Positions 36,873-47,283 of a stretch of DNA of 64,000 nt are shown here, piece after piece. Numbering within the stretch: position 1 is the first letter of the stretch; the number at the start of each line of letters is the position of its first letter. This stretch comes from an uncultured Dehalococcoidia bacterium. GTDB lineage: Bacteria > Chloroflexota > Dehalococcoidia > Bin125. Where the stretch lies: the NCBI GenBank assembly GCA_958295515.1, contig CATQGW010000001.1, positions 777,522 to 841,521 of the forward strand, given 5' to 3'. The notes under the pieces were generated by a model. It did no database searches. It was not told where the DNA came from and was given only the letters and a program-made list of their open reading frames with translations. The position numbers were made by a program, and so were the translations under genes.

Positions 36873-37938
36873 TCAGCCGGCTCGCTGCACCGTGCCGCCG
36901 CCCAGCACCTGCTCGCCGTCGTAGAAGACGGCGGCCTGGCCGGGCGCGACCGCCCGCGCCGGCTGGTCGAGATGCAGCACCGCCGTGTCCGCGTCTGCGA
37001 GTTCCACACGGCAGGCGGTGGGCGCGGCGCGGTAGCGCAGCTGCGCGGCGACCCGCTCGCGCGGCTCGCACAGCCAGCGGCAGTCGGTCAGCTCCAGCCG
37101 ACGCGCCAGCAGCGCATCTTCTCCGCCCAGCGTCACGGTCTGCGTCTCCGCGTCGACGGCGGTGACATAGCGGCGTTCGCCGCCGCCGCCCGCGCCCAGC
37201 CCGCGGCGCTGCCCGATCGTGAAGTGCTGCACGCCCTGATGCCGCCCGACGACCGCGCCGGTGGCGTCCACCATCGGCCCCGGCCGCGCTTCGAGCCGCT
37301 GGTCCACGAACGCGCGGTAATCGCCGCCGGGCACGAAGCAGATGTCCGCGCTGTCGGGCTTGTCGGCCACTGCCAGCCCGTGGCGCTCGGCAATCCGCCG
37401 CACCTCGCGCTTCTGCAGGCCGCCGACGGGAAAGCGCGTCATCGCCAGCGCGGCGTCGCTCAGGGTGTAGAGGAAGTAGGACTGATCCTTGTCGGGGTCC
37501 AGACCGCGCAGCAGCGCCGGCCGGCCGCCGCGCGGCGCAATGCGCGCGTAGTGGCCGGTCGCCAGCCAGTCCGCGCCCAGCGCCCGCGCCTGCTCGAGGA
37601 AGCGGTCGAACTTGATGTAGGTGTTGCAGTTTAGGCAGGGGTTGGGGGTGCGCCCGCGCCCGTACTCGGCGACGAACGGCTCGACGACCTGCTCGAGGAA
37701 CGGGCGCTCCATGTTCAGCGTGTAGTGCGGGATGCCCAGCCGGTGGGCGGCGCGGCGGGCGTCCTCGACATCCTCAATCCCGCAGCACTGGGTGCGGCCG
37801 GACAGGCCCGGCGGGCGCGCCTCGGTCCAGAGCCGCATCGTGATCCCGATCACCTCGAAGCCCTGCTCGACCAGCAGTGCGGCCGCGACCGAGGAGTCGA
37901 CGCCGCCGCTCATGCCGACCACGACGCGCTCAGGCATG
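36873..37938 (-). CDS. mnmA: tRNA-specific 2-thiouridylase MnmA
   Basis: [24 protein letters not shown]-loop; ..CLNCNT..; start taken at ATG 37938 rather than the longer ORF. Confidence 0.85.
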
Positions 37939-37977
37939 GTTCGCTCCGCTTCCCGCCGCGTTGCTAGACTGCGCGAT

Positions 37978-38346
37978 GTGCAGACCGAAACCGCCCCGGC
38001 CGCCGCCTCCCCCGAATCGGAGCGGCTGGCGCGGACCATCGTCGAGCGTCTCTCGGAGCGGCAGGCCGAAGCGATCGTGCTGCTCGAAGTCGCGCCGATC
38101 ACCGACCTGGCCGACCACTTTGTGATCGCCACCGCGACCTCGCGGCGGCATTTCGGCGCGCTCGAAGACGCCCTGCGCCACATCCCCGATGCGCCCCAGG
38201 CGCGCCGCGAAGGCGCGGCCGACGGCGGCTGGCAGCTGTTCGATTTCGACGCCGTCGTGGTGCATCTCTTCGACCCTGAAACCCGCGCCTACTACGACCT
38301 CGACGGCCTCTGGTCCGCCGGCCGCACGCTCCTGCGCGTGGAATAG
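37978..38346 (+). CDS. rsfS: ribosome silencing factor RsfS (Iojap)
   Basis: ...[31 protein letters not shown]...[28 protein letters not shown]; GTG start chosen. Confidence 0.75.
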   Translation: MQTETAPAAASPESERLARTIVERLSERQAEAIVLLEVAPITDLADHFVIATATSRRHFGALEDALRHIPDAPQARREGAADGGWQLFDFDAVVVHLFDPETRAYYDLDGLWSAGRTLLRVE

Positions 38347-38362
38347 CGCGCTGCTGCTGAGC

Positions 38363-38818
38363 CTACTCGTAGATCCAGCGCTCGGTGTCGCGGGTCCAGT
38401 CGAGCAGCTCCTCGGGGGCGAAGAACAGCGCGCTCTCGCGCTCGCCCGACGCGGGCGAATCGGAGCCGTGGATCACGTTGCGGCCCAGATCGACGCCGAA
38501 GTCGCCGCGAATCGAGCCCGGCGCGGCGTCCAGCGGATGCGTCGCGCCCATCGCGTTGCGGGTCAACTGCACGGCGTTTGCGCCCTCGAAGACGGCGGCC
38601 ACGAGCGGTCCGGAGGTGATGAAGTCGCGCAGGCCGGGGAAGAAGGGCTTGTCGACGTGCTCGGCGTAGTGGCGGCGCGCCAGAGCGTCGTCCATCCGGA
38701 GCAGTTTGAGGCCGATCAGCTTGAGCCCGCGCTGTTCGAGGCGCGCGAGGACGGCGCCGACCAACCCGCGCTGCACCCCGTCGGGCTTGACCAACACCAA
38801 CGTTCGTTCGGTCGCCAT
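38363..38818 (-). CDS. ndk: nucleoside diphosphate kinase
   Basis: MATERTLVLVKPDGVQRGLVGAVLARLEQRGLKLIGLK...NVIHGSDS catalytic His. Confidence 0.9.
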   Translation of the reverse strand: MATERTLVLVKPDGVQRGLVGAVLARLEQRGLKLIGLKLLRMDDALARRHYAEHVDKPFFPGLRDFITSGPLVAAVFEGANAVQLTRNAMGATHPLDAAPGSIRGDFGVDLGRNVIHGSDSPASGERESALFFAPEELLDWTRDTERWIYE

Positions 38819-38904
38819 CGTTCGTCCGCTCCTTGCGCATTCGCCGACCCGCTTGTCCGCATTATCCCAGCCGATCGGCGTTCAGCGTCGCCGGCGGACG
38901 GATT

Positions 38905-39873
38905 TCAGTCGAACGACACCGCGTCGGGCAGGGGTTCGGTTTCGGCGTCGTCGAACAGGTCCAGCTGTCGGCTGTCGGCTGCGGCGCGCACGCGATCCTC
39001 ATCGATGATGATGTTGTGCGAGCCGATCCGCTCGGTGCGCAGCCGCTGTTCGGCGTACGCGCAATATTCGGGGTGAAGGTCGATGCCGATCCAGCGCCGA
39101 CCGGTCGATTTTGCCGCGAGCGTGGTCGCGCCCGAGCCGTTGAACATATCGAGCACGATATCGCCCGCGAACCCGGCCTCAGGGTTGGCGCTGAAGGTGT
39201 ACATCATGATCAGGCGTTGCGGCAGCACGGTGGGGAACGGCGCGGGGTGGCCGCCGGCGCGCTTCACGTCCTGCGGATAGATCGGCCAAATCTGCATCGA
39301 GAGGTTGAGCCATTCGGACTGTGAGAGTTTGCTCGGCTCTTTGGCCGCCTTTGCAATTCGCGGCGGCGGTCCATCTTTGACGTAGACGTTGATGAACTCG
39401 ATGGTGTTGTCTTCGTAGATGTTGGGCGGGAACGGGTAGCTGCCGAACATTTTGGTGGTCGTCTGCTTCTTCCAGACGAAGATGCTGAAGCGATGCAGCT
39501 CCGGCAGCTCCAGCAGAATCGAGGACTCGATATCGGCAGCGATGTTCTTCAGGTGGCGCGTATGCTGATCATTGATCTGCGCTTTGGGAATCGGCATCAC
39601 CGGCGTCACGACGGCCAGCTTGCCGTTCGGGATCAGCACGCGCGTCGTTTCGCGCCAGACCTCGACCAGATCGTCGATATATTGCGCGTAGGACGTGTGC
39701 CCGATCTGGCCGTCGACGCCGTAGTCCACCACGTTCCAGTACGGGGGGCTGGTCACCGCGAGCGCGATGCACTCATCGGGCAGCCCACGCAATCGCTCCA
39801 GCGCGTCGCCCTGGATGATGCGGTCCACGTGAGCGGCAGGCCAGTGGGACGGATCGGGAATGCGGTACTCCAT
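38905..39873 (-). CDS. DNA methyltransferase (beta-class amino-MTase, motif IV SPPY before motif I), R-M system M subunit
   Basis: LAVTSPPYWN then DIVLDMFNGSGATTLAA; 322 aa; immediately downstream of nuclease gene. Confidence 0.8.
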   Translation of the reverse strand: MEYRIPDPSHWPAAHVDRIIQGDALERLRGLPDECIALAVTSPPYWNVVDYGVDGQIGHTSYAQYIDDLVEVWRETTRVLIPNGKLAVVTPVMPIPKAQINDQHTRHLKNIAADIESSILLELPELHRFSIFVWKKQTTTKMFGSYPFPPNIYEDNTIEFINVYVKDGPPPRIAKAAKEPSKLSQSEWLNLSMQIWPIYPQDVKRAGGHPAPFPTVLPQRLIMMYTFSANPEAGFAGDIVLDMFNGSGATTLAAKSTGRRWIGIDLHPEYCAYAEQRLRTERIGSHNIIIDEDRVRAAADSRQLDLFDDAETEPLPDAVSFD

Positions 39874-39876
39874 CGT

Positions 39877-41340
39877 TCATACCTCCTCAACCGCGAAAGC
39901 GTGGCGGCGAAACTTCAAGTGCTCGTTCGCATCGTCGCGCATCAACCCGGTCCGCGAGTACTGCGCCTTATCGGAGAACTCGCTGGCGAGAATGATTCCG
40001 CGCACGTTGTCCGCGCCGTCCTCATAGTTCCGGTGAATCCAGCCCATGTACCGCAGAATCTGGCCAAACACCGCGTCGTCCGCAGGCCGCGCCTTGACCT
40101 CGATCACCACGTACTTCCCGTCGGACCCGCGGCAAAGCAGGTCTATCTGGCCAATCGGCGTCTTGACCTGGCGATTCTCGAATTGCAGCGACGGTTCGAG
40201 CGTGTGCAGCAGGTCGGGTTGCGAGGCGTACGATTCCTCGATTGCCCGCTCGATCTGCAGCCGCCGCACTTCGCGGTGTTGCTGTGTGGACAGTTCCGCG
40301 GCGTGCGCCTCAATCTCCTCAGTGGCGGCTGATGAATTCTCGGCGTTCATCACCTGGTGCGCGACATAGGTGAACCACGACGGCTCCTGACTTGGATCGC
40401 CGAAGTATGCGAACCAGTCCTCCCGCTGTTCGAACGCCGTGATCTTGTTCTCACCAAGTCCTGCTTCCAGAATCTCTCTGGCGGCTGCGGCATCCGTGCA
40501 GCGGATGGTCTGGCTGTCGGTGTCGTGTTCGGTGTACTGGGGGAAGCAGAAGATTGAGCGCTGGTAGGAGGCCGTTCGGCTGATGAGCAGCGCGCGTTTC
40601 GATGCCTTTGGATTGTCCGGGTTCGCGCCCCACATCGGGATCGTCGCAAACCGCTCGCGCAGTGTGTGCTGCTGTGACTCGCTGAGTGAGCGCCAGGCCT
40701 CGATGTAGTTGCAAATCCGCTCAGCATCTGCGTGAGACGCAGCTAGGTTGAGGAACAGGTTGTATTCATCGAACGTAATGGCGTCGCCCATGCGTTCGAG
40801 GGCATCAAGGAGAAAGAAGTGCGGGAGAATCCCAATGAAACTGCTGCGGTATTTGTTCGGCATCACCGGATTCGGATACTGGAGCTTGGATACCTGCTGA
40901 GCGATAATGTCGCGCGCTGTGCTCCGATCGTCAGCCGCGTCGATCAGCCGCAAGCCTGCACTGGTCACGACCGGCGTCTGGTTTTGAGCGATCCAGAGCA
41001 GCCCCAATGTCTCGAATAAGTCTTTGGTGATCCGAACGAGCGCTGTGCGGTCTGCTTGGGTCGCGTTGCGCGTCCGCGGCTTCAACAGGCCGGCAGCCGT
41101 GAGCCTGGCGAGCAGCGCATCTTGCGTGTCGCGGTCCCACAACGCGGCGCTGAACTCCGCATCGATGATCGCGAGCGTCTGCGCGCAGACGCTAATGTTC
41201 TGATCGGTCAGTGTGCGGACCTTCGGGACATACCAGAAGGTGCGGCACTCCGCGTACTCGCGGAGCGCGTCGCGTAGGACGGCGCGGTTCGGGTAACCGC
41301 GCGGGATCGAGGGAATTCGCAGGCGTCGTCGATTCGGCAT
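39877..41340 (-). CDS. putative restriction endonuclease (C-terminal PD-(D/E)XK / NucS-DUF91-like nuclease domain)
   Basis: C-terminal IDLLCRGSDGKYVVIEVKARPADDAVFGQILRYMGW; 487 aa; 3 bp from MTase start. Confidence 0.6.
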   Translation of the reverse strand: MPNRRRLRIPSIPRGYPNRAVLRDALREYAECRTFWYVPKVRTLTDQNISVCAQTLAIIDAEFSAALWDRDTQDALLARLTAAGLLKPRTRNATQADRTALVRITKDLFETLGLLWIAQNQTPVVTSAGLRLIDAADDRSTARDIIAQQVSKLQYPNPVMPNKYRSSFIGILPHFFLLDALERMGDAITFDEYNLFLNLAASHADAERICNYIEAWRSLSESQQHTLRERFATIPMWGANPDNPKASKRALLISRTASYQRSIFCFPQYTEHDTDSQTIRCTDAAAAREILEAGLGENKITAFEQREDWFAYFGDPSQEPSWFTYVAHQVMNAENSSAATEEIEAHAAELSTQQHREVRRLQIERAIEESYASQPDLLHTLEPSLQFENRQVKTPIGQIDLLCRGSDGKYVVIEVKARPADDAVFGQILRYMGWIHRNYEDGADNVRGIILASEFSDKAQYSRTGLMRDDANEHLKFRRHAFAVEEV

Positions 41341-41393
41341 TGCACCTCGCCCCGCGTCTCACTTTAGCGCGGCAGCGCAGCGGCCTCCCTCGC

Positions 41394-42092
41394 TCACTGG
41401 GGCTGGGGGCCGATGGCGGGGTCGCGTAGGTAGAGGGGTTCGAGGGCTGCGGGGGGGACGGCGCCGCCGGACTGCCAGCGGCGGCGGCCCAGCTCGGCCA
41501 GCAGCGCGGCGCGGCGGATGTTGAGCGCCGGCGCGCCCATTACGGCGCTGCTCGCCGCCAGACGCTCACGCTGCGCCTCCTCCAACAACTCCGTGTCGCC
41601 GCAGATCACTGCGGCTGAGGATGATTCGAGAGTCTCCAGCAGCTCCTCCACGCTGCCCAGCGACGCTTCGGCGGCGGCTTCCCAGCCGCGCGGCGATGCG
41701 GCGAACGTTTGCCAGACCCAGGAACGGCGGCTGGCGCGATGGATCGCGGTCGCCGAACCGGCGGCGGCGTGCGCGTAGCTCTGCAACTCCAGCCGGCCGA
41801 CGCCCACGCACTGCAGATCGAGCGCCGTGGCCAGGCCGATCGCCGCCGCCATCCCCGCGCGGATGCCGCCGTACGCGCCCGGGCCGACATCCACGATCAC
41901 CACCTCCAGCCGGCTCCGCGTGGCCGTCGCGTCGCCCGCCGGATCGGCCAGCGCGCAGACCCGCTCGATCATCGGCACCAGCGACGGCGTGTGGCGGCGT
42001 CCGGACGCCCAGGTGATTTCGCCGAGCAGTTGGCCGTCGTCGCTGACTGCGACGCTCGACAGCTCGCCGACCGTCTCGATTGCGAGTTCCAT
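41394..42092 (-). CDS. tsaB: tRNA threonylcarbamoyladenosine biosynthesis protein TsaB
   Basis: MELAIETVGELSSVAV...VGPGAYGGIRAGMAAAIGLA YeaZ pattern. Confidence 0.8.
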   Translation of the reverse strand: MELAIETVGELSSVAVSDDGQLLGEITWASGRRHTPSLVPMIERVCALADPAGDATATRSRLEVVIVDVGPGAYGGIRAGMAAAIGLATALDLQCVGVGRLELQSYAHAAAGSATAIHRASRRSWVWQTFAASPRGWEAAAEASLGSVEELLETLESSSAAVICGDTELLEEAQRERLAASSAVMGAPALNIRRAALLAELGRRRWQSGGAVPPAALEPLYLRDPAIGPQPQ

Positions 42093-42095
42093 AGG

Positions 42096-42599
42096 TCAGG
42101 CGAGCACCGTCGCGGCGCGTTCCACCGCTTGCAGCGCGGCGCGCGCGATCGGCCCGCTCGCGGACAGTTCGAGGCGGCGCGGCGCAGCGTCGCCGGCGGC
42201 GTCCGTCAGCGGCGTAATCCGCACCAGCAGATGATCGGCGGGCAGCGCGCCGTCGGCGCGCTCCGGCCACTCGACCAGCAGCACCCCGTCCTCGGCCGCC
42301 TCGAACAGCCCCAACTCGGCGATCAGGTCGGGATCATCGAGCCGGTAGAGGTCGGCGTGACGCAGCGGCAGCCGCCCGCCGAGGTGCTCGTTGACCAACA
42401 CGAAGGTCGGGCTGTTGACCACCGAGGGCGCGGCGAGCCCTGCGCCGACGCCCTGCGCGAAGACCGTCTTGCCCGCGCCCAGCTGGCCCTGCAGCAGCGC
42501 CGCCGTGCCGGGCGCTGCGGCGCGCCCCAGCGCCGCGCCTACCCGGCGCGTCGCGTCGGCGTCCTCGCAGCGCAGCTCGAGCTCAAGCGTCTCGCTCAT
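42096..42599 (-). CDS. tsaE: tRNA threonylcarbamoyladenosine biosynthesis ATPase TsaE
   Basis: LQGQLGAGKTVFAQGV Walker A; ...SPTFVLVNEH...ADLYRL; start at MSETLEL. Confidence 0.8.
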   Translation of the reverse strand: MSETLELELRCEDADATRRVGAALGRAAAPGTAALLQGQLGAGKTVFAQGVGAGLAAPSVVNSPTFVLVNEHLGGRLPLRHADLYRLDDPDLIAELGLFEAAEDGVLLVEWPERADGALPADHLLVRITPLTDAAGDAAPRRLELSASGPIARAALQAVERAATVLA

Positions 42600-42673
42600 C
42601 CACTCAGTATACGAAAGCCTGTCGATCCGCCCAACGGGGCGTATTCTGTAGGCAGCACGACGGGAGACTTGGC

Positions 42674-43696
42674 ATGGACCGCATTCAGATCGCCTCATTC
42701 CTACCCGTGCCCGAGGAGGCGCTGGAGACGATCCGCGCGGTCGATCCGCGCATCGACATTCACCGCGTCAGTCAGAACCTGGCGCGCTACATCCGCGAGC
42801 CGCGCCATCCGCGCGTCGACTCGGCGGCGGCGCTCGCCGAGGCGCGCGAAATCCGCAGCCGCGACGCGATCTGGTTCACCTTCGGCTTCGGCGACCTGGC
42901 CATCGGCGCGCCGGCGCTGGAGTGGGTCGCGCTGGCCAGCGCGGGCGCCGACCAGGCGCTCCGCTTCCCGCCGGACGAACATGTGCAAATCACCAAAATG
43001 CCCGGCCTCGCCGCGCGCGTGATCGCCGAATGGGTGCTCGGCTTCATGCTGATGGATTGCAAGCGCTTCCCGCAGTACCTCGAACAGCAACGCCTCGCGC
43101 AATGGCGCTCCGGCAGCCCGGTTTCGCTCGAAGGCGCGACCGTCGGCGTGATCGGCTACGGCGCGATCGGCGCGGAAATTGCCCACCTCTGCCAGGGCTT
43201 CGACGCGGAGGTGGTCGGCATCCGCCGCCGCGCCTGCGCGGACGGAGCACCGCCCGAGGACGCGCCGCCCTGCGTCCGCGCCGTCTGGCCGCCCGATCGC
43301 CTGCACGCGGTGCTCGCCGAGTCCGACTACGTCGTGCTCGGCACGCCCTTGACGGAGGCGACGCGGCAGATGATCGGCGCGGACGAGCTGGCCGCGATGA
43401 AGCCCGGCGCGGCGCTGATCAACATCGCGCGCGGGGAGATCGTCAACTGGGAGGCGATGATCGCGGCGCTCAACGACGGCTCGCTGCGCGCCTGCTACAC
43501 CGATGTCGCCTCGCCCGAGCCGCTGCCCGACGGCCATCCGGACTGGTCGACCCCGAACCTGATCGTCACGCCGCACAACAGCGGCTTGCAGCCCGACTAC
43601 TTCGGCAAAGCGGCGCATCGCTTCGCCGAGAACCTGCGGCGCTACATCGACGGCGAGCCGCTGCTCGACCCCGTCGACCGCGCCGCGGGGTACTGA
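42674..43696 (+). CDS. D-isomer-specific 2-hydroxyacid dehydrogenase family protein
   Basis: GVIGYGAIGAEIA NAD-binding; ..NIARGEIV.. ..TPHNSG.. Confidence 0.75.
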   Translation: MDRIQIASFLPVPEEALETIRAVDPRIDIHRVSQNLARYIREPRHPRVDSAAALAEAREIRSRDAIWFTFGFGDLAIGAPALEWVALASAGADQALRFPPDEHVQITKMPGLAARVIAEWVLGFMLMDCKRFPQYLEQQRLAQWRSGSPVSLEGATVGVIGYGAIGAEIAHLCQGFDAEVVGIRRRACADGAPPEDAPPCVRAVWPPDRLHAVLAESDYVVLGTPLTEATRQMIGADELAAMKPGAALINIARGEIVNWEAMIAALNDGSLRACYTDVASPEPLPDGHPDWSTPNLIVTPHNSGLQPDYFGKAAHRFAENLRRYIDGEPLLDPVDRAAGY

Positions 43697-43700
43697 GCGC

Positions 43701-44627
43701 ATGCCGCCCGCCGCGCGACACGGCATCCGCATGCCCGAACGGGGCCGCCTGCTGCATGCGCGCGGCAGCGCCCCGGCGCGGCTGCCCACGCCGGAAATCC
43801 ACTTCGGTGTGGCGCTCTGGCCCTACGACCTGCTGCTGCGCTTCGCCTGGGACCTGCCCGAACACGAGCATGTCTGGCCCGACGACTGGTTCGACGACGT
43901 GTTCGAGGCCGCCGCCGTGCGGCTGCGCCAGACCGCGCCCAAGCTGTTGCACGCGCTCAGCGCGATCCAGCCGCCGCTCGAAGCGCTCAAGGACGCCGCG
44001 CTGGCCGACGAACTGACGCGCGAGGCGGTCGAGCGCGTGCCGCTGCAGGTCGACCTGGCATTCATGTACGTCGGGCACATGCTCGACGACTTGGCGGCGA
44101 TAATTCCGCACTGCTACGGGGCGGAGGGGCGCGCGCTGGCCGAGGCGCGTTCGAGCTTGCCGGCGCTCGCCGCCGCGCCGCTCGCGGAGCTCGATGCCGC
44201 CTTGCCCGCGCTGCTCACTCCGGGCGGGGAGCTGCCGCCGGCGGTGCGCGCCTTCAGCGCGCCGCCGCCGACTCACTCGCGCGACATCTACGCGATCGTC
44301 AACGCGCCGGGCTTCGACGCGGCGCTGCCCAAAGCCGCGGCGCGCGCGCTGCGCGAGAGCGCCGCCGCGACGATCGCGGCGGCGGACCGGATCGACGCTC
44401 AGCTGCCGGCGCTGTGCCGCTGGCTCGACGCGCTGCTGGAGCACCTGCTCGACGCCGTCTGCCGCCGCGCCGACGACGGGGAGGACCTGCGCGAGCGCTG
44501 GTCGGAGTTGAACTGGTCGCGGCTGCAACCGCTCAGCTTTGCCGACACTTCGTCGGCGCTGGCGCTGACGCGCGCCCTGCCCGCGATTGCCGACGGTCCA
44601 TTTTTGCCCGGCACCGAGGAGGACTGA
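43701..44627 (+). CDS. hypothetical protein (308 aa)
   Basis: ORF following dehydrogenase; no recognised family. Confidence 0.4.
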   Translation: MPPAARHGIRMPERGRLLHARGSAPARLPTPEIHFGVALWPYDLLLRFAWDLPEHEHVWPDDWFDDVFEAAAVRLRQTAPKLLHALSAIQPPLEALKDAALADELTREAVERVPLQVDLAFMYVGHMLDDLAAIIPHCYGAEGRALAEARSSLPALAAAPLAELDAALPALLTPGGELPPAVRAFSAPPPTHSRDIYAIVNAPGFDAALPKAAARALRESAAATIAAADRIDAQLPALCRWLDALLEHLLDAVCRRADDGEDLRERWSELNWSRLQPLSFADTSSALALTRALPAIADGPFLPGTEED

Positions 44628-44830
44628 CGCCGCGCCGCCCGCCGCCGCCTCACCGCAACCTCCAACACACCCGCCCCTTGCAAAATTTCCCTCGCGGGTG
44701 TCCAATAGAGAACATGAGTGCTCAAGTGCCGCCCCGCCAACTCCGCGAAACCGGTGCTCTGATCCGTTCCATCGCCCGGACCCTCCGCCTCTCCCACTCC
44801 ACACTCGCCGCCTACGCCGCCGACCTGGTC

Positions 44831-44970
44831 ATCGAACGCAATCGATCACAATCGATCACAGTCGATCACAGTCGATCACAGTCGATCACAGTCGATCACA
44901 ATCGATCACAATCGATCACAATCGATCACAATCGATCACAATCGATCACAATCGATCACAATCGATCACA
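44831..44970. repeat. 10-bp tandem repeat TCGATCACAR x13 (+1 degenerate unit), intergenic between convergent genes
   Basis: Directly visible perfect tandem array; units differ only at position 10 (A/G) in a non-random block pattern. Confidence 0.95.
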
Positions 44971-45073
44971 GCCGAACACGCCCCACGCCGACCAGCGCCT
45001 GCTGAACCTGACCAGCCCGCAGCCGCCCGACCAGATAGGGAAGCGCCGCAAACCCCTGAAAACCGCCAAGCCC

Positions 45074-46257
45074 CTACACCACGCAGGCCGCCGCCAGCGT
45101 GCCGATCTCGGCCGTCCGCGCGCGAATCTGCTCGTCCTGCTGGAAGCTGTTGGTCAGGAAGGCGACCGAGAGGCCGGTCTCCGGATCGCCCCAGGTGACC
45201 TGCCCGCCCGCGCCGCCGTGTCCGAAGGCGCGCGGCGATGCGCCGCTGCCGAAGCCCCGCTCGGCGGACAGCCCGTCGTCGCCGGCGAGCACCACGGTCA
45301 GGGCGCGGTTGACCGGGATGCCGCTCAGCGGATCGGTGTGCCGCGCGGGATCCGTCGCCACCGTCGTGCCCAGCTCGATGGTTTCGGGGCGCAGCGGCGT
45401 GGCGGGGCGATCCTCGCCGTCGCCGGCCGGCGCGACCAGCGCCTGGTAGAACATCGCCGCGTCGGCTGCGGTGGCGAACGCGCCGCCGCCGGGGCAGCCG
45501 GCGCGCCGCTGCGAGGCCAGGTTGAAGTGCAGGATCGTCTGCGGGAACACCTCGCCGCCCTCCGGCGGCAGCGGCTGTTCGGTGTAGATGATCGAGGCGG
45601 CGCGCGCGTGCTCGTCGTCGGGCAGGCCGACGAACAGGTTGTCCAGCCCCAGCGGGTCGAGCAGCCGCTCGCGCAGCCATTCGCGGAAGTCGCGCCCGGT
45701 GCGCTGGTTGATGATCTCGGAGAGCACCCAGTGCGCCGAGGTGGCGTGGTATTCCCACTGCGAATCGGGCTGCCAGTTGAGCCGCCAGCCCATCATCCGG
45801 CGCAGCCGCGCCTCGCGATCCTCCCAGAGCCGCGGGTTCATCGGCGCGTGCGGGAAGCCGCCCGTGTGCAGCATCACCTGCTGCACGGTGATCGTCTCGT
45901 AGCCCTCGCCGCCGCCCTCCGCGCACCAGCCCGGGATGATCTCCACCACCCGCTCATCCAGCGAGAGCAGGCCGTCCTCGATCAGGCACCAGGCGCCCAC
46001 CCCGACAATCGCCTTGGTCGAGGAGAACATGCAGAAGAGCGTGTCGTCGGTCGCGGGCTGGAGTGATGCGCCCTGGTGGGACATGCCGTAGGTGCGGAAG
46101 CCGGCCAGCCGCCCCTGCGAGCCGATCGCCAGCTGCGCGCCCTGCAGCCGGCCGCTCTCCACTTGCTGCTCGGCGAAGCTGAACAGCTCCTCAAGCTTGC
46201 TTTCGTCGATTCCGATTTCGCCGGGCGGCGCGAGCCGCGGGTCGCTGCTGGTCATCG
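45074..46257 (-). CDS. serine hydrolase (beta-lactamase/esterase family)
   Basis: FSSTKAIVG (S-x-x-K); start taken at MTSSDPRLAPP. Confidence 0.7.
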
Positions 46258-46347
46258 TTGCTCTCCCTCGTAGTCGTCGTTCGCAGGGAGTGTAGGGATT
46301 TACACGGCGGGGCACTGCGCGCACAGCCGCGCCCTACGATCCGCGCC

Positions 46348-47283
46348 ATGCCTCCCGCCATCGAAGTCCGCGGACTGGTCAAGCGCTACGGCGAGATCCG
46401 CGCCGTGGACGGCGTCGACCTGACCATCGAGTCGGGCCAGGTCTACGCGCTGCTCGGTCCGAACGGAGCGGGCAAGACGACGCTGGTGGAGATCATGGAG
46501 GGCTACCGCGACCGCGACGCGGGCGAGGTGGCCGTGCTCGGCCTGGATCCCGGCAGCCAGCGCGATGCGCTGACGCGGCGCGTGGGCATCGTGCTGCAGC
46601 GCAGCACGCCGATGGAGGGCTTGACCCCGCGCGAGCTGCTCAGCTTCACGGCCAAGCTCTATGAGCATCCGATGGCGGTCGATGAGGCGCTCGAGCTGGT
46701 CGGGCTGACCGAGCACGCGGATCGACGCGGCAGCAAGCTCTCGGGCGGTCAGAAGCGCCGCCTGGACCTCGCCACCAGCGTGATCGGCAACCCGGACCTG
46801 ATTTTCCTCGACGAGCCGACGACCGGCTTCGACGCGGCTGCGCGTCGCCAGGCCTGGAACGTGGTGCAGGGGCTCACGGAGCGCGGCGCGACCGTGCTGC
46901 TGACCACGCACTACCTCGACGAGGCGGAGCATCTCGCGCGTGAGATCGGGATGATCAAGGACGGCAAGATCATCTTCGAGGGCGGCATCGCCGCGCTGCG
47001 CCGCGAGATGCAGACCGATACGCGCATCTCCTGGCTGCCGCCGGCGGGGCTCGAGCTGGATAATCTTCCCGCCGCCTGGTCGGAGCTGCGCCGCGCCGCC
47101 GATGGACACATCGCGCTGCCGACCCAGACGCCCACCCGCGACCTGCGCGAGCTGATTGCCTGGGCGGACGAACGCGGCCTCGCCGAACTGCCGGAGCTGG
47201 TTGTGGAACGCCCCGACCTCGAGCAGATGTACCTCGAACTGGTCGAAGATGCCGCCGCCGATGCCGAGCGAGCGCCGCTGTGA
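46348..47283 (+). CDS. ABC transporter ATP-binding protein (ABC-2 exporter type)
   Basis: GPNGAGKTT Walker A, LSGGQKRRLDLA signature, LDEPT Walker B. Confidence 0.85.
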   Translation: MPPAIEVRGLVKRYGEIRAVDGVDLTIESGQVYALLGPNGAGKTTLVEIMEGYRDRDAGEVAVLGLDPGSQRDALTRRVGIVLQRSTPMEGLTPRELLSFTAKLYEHPMAVDEALELVGLTEHADRRGSKLSGGQKRRLDLATSVIGNPDLIFLDEPTTGFDAAARRQAWNVVQGLTERGATVLLTTHYLDEAEHLAREIGMIKDGKIIFEGGIAALRREMQTDTRISWLPPAGLELDNLPAAWSELRRAADGHIALPTQTPTRDLRELIAWADERGLAELPELVVERPDLEQMYLELVEDAAADAERAPL

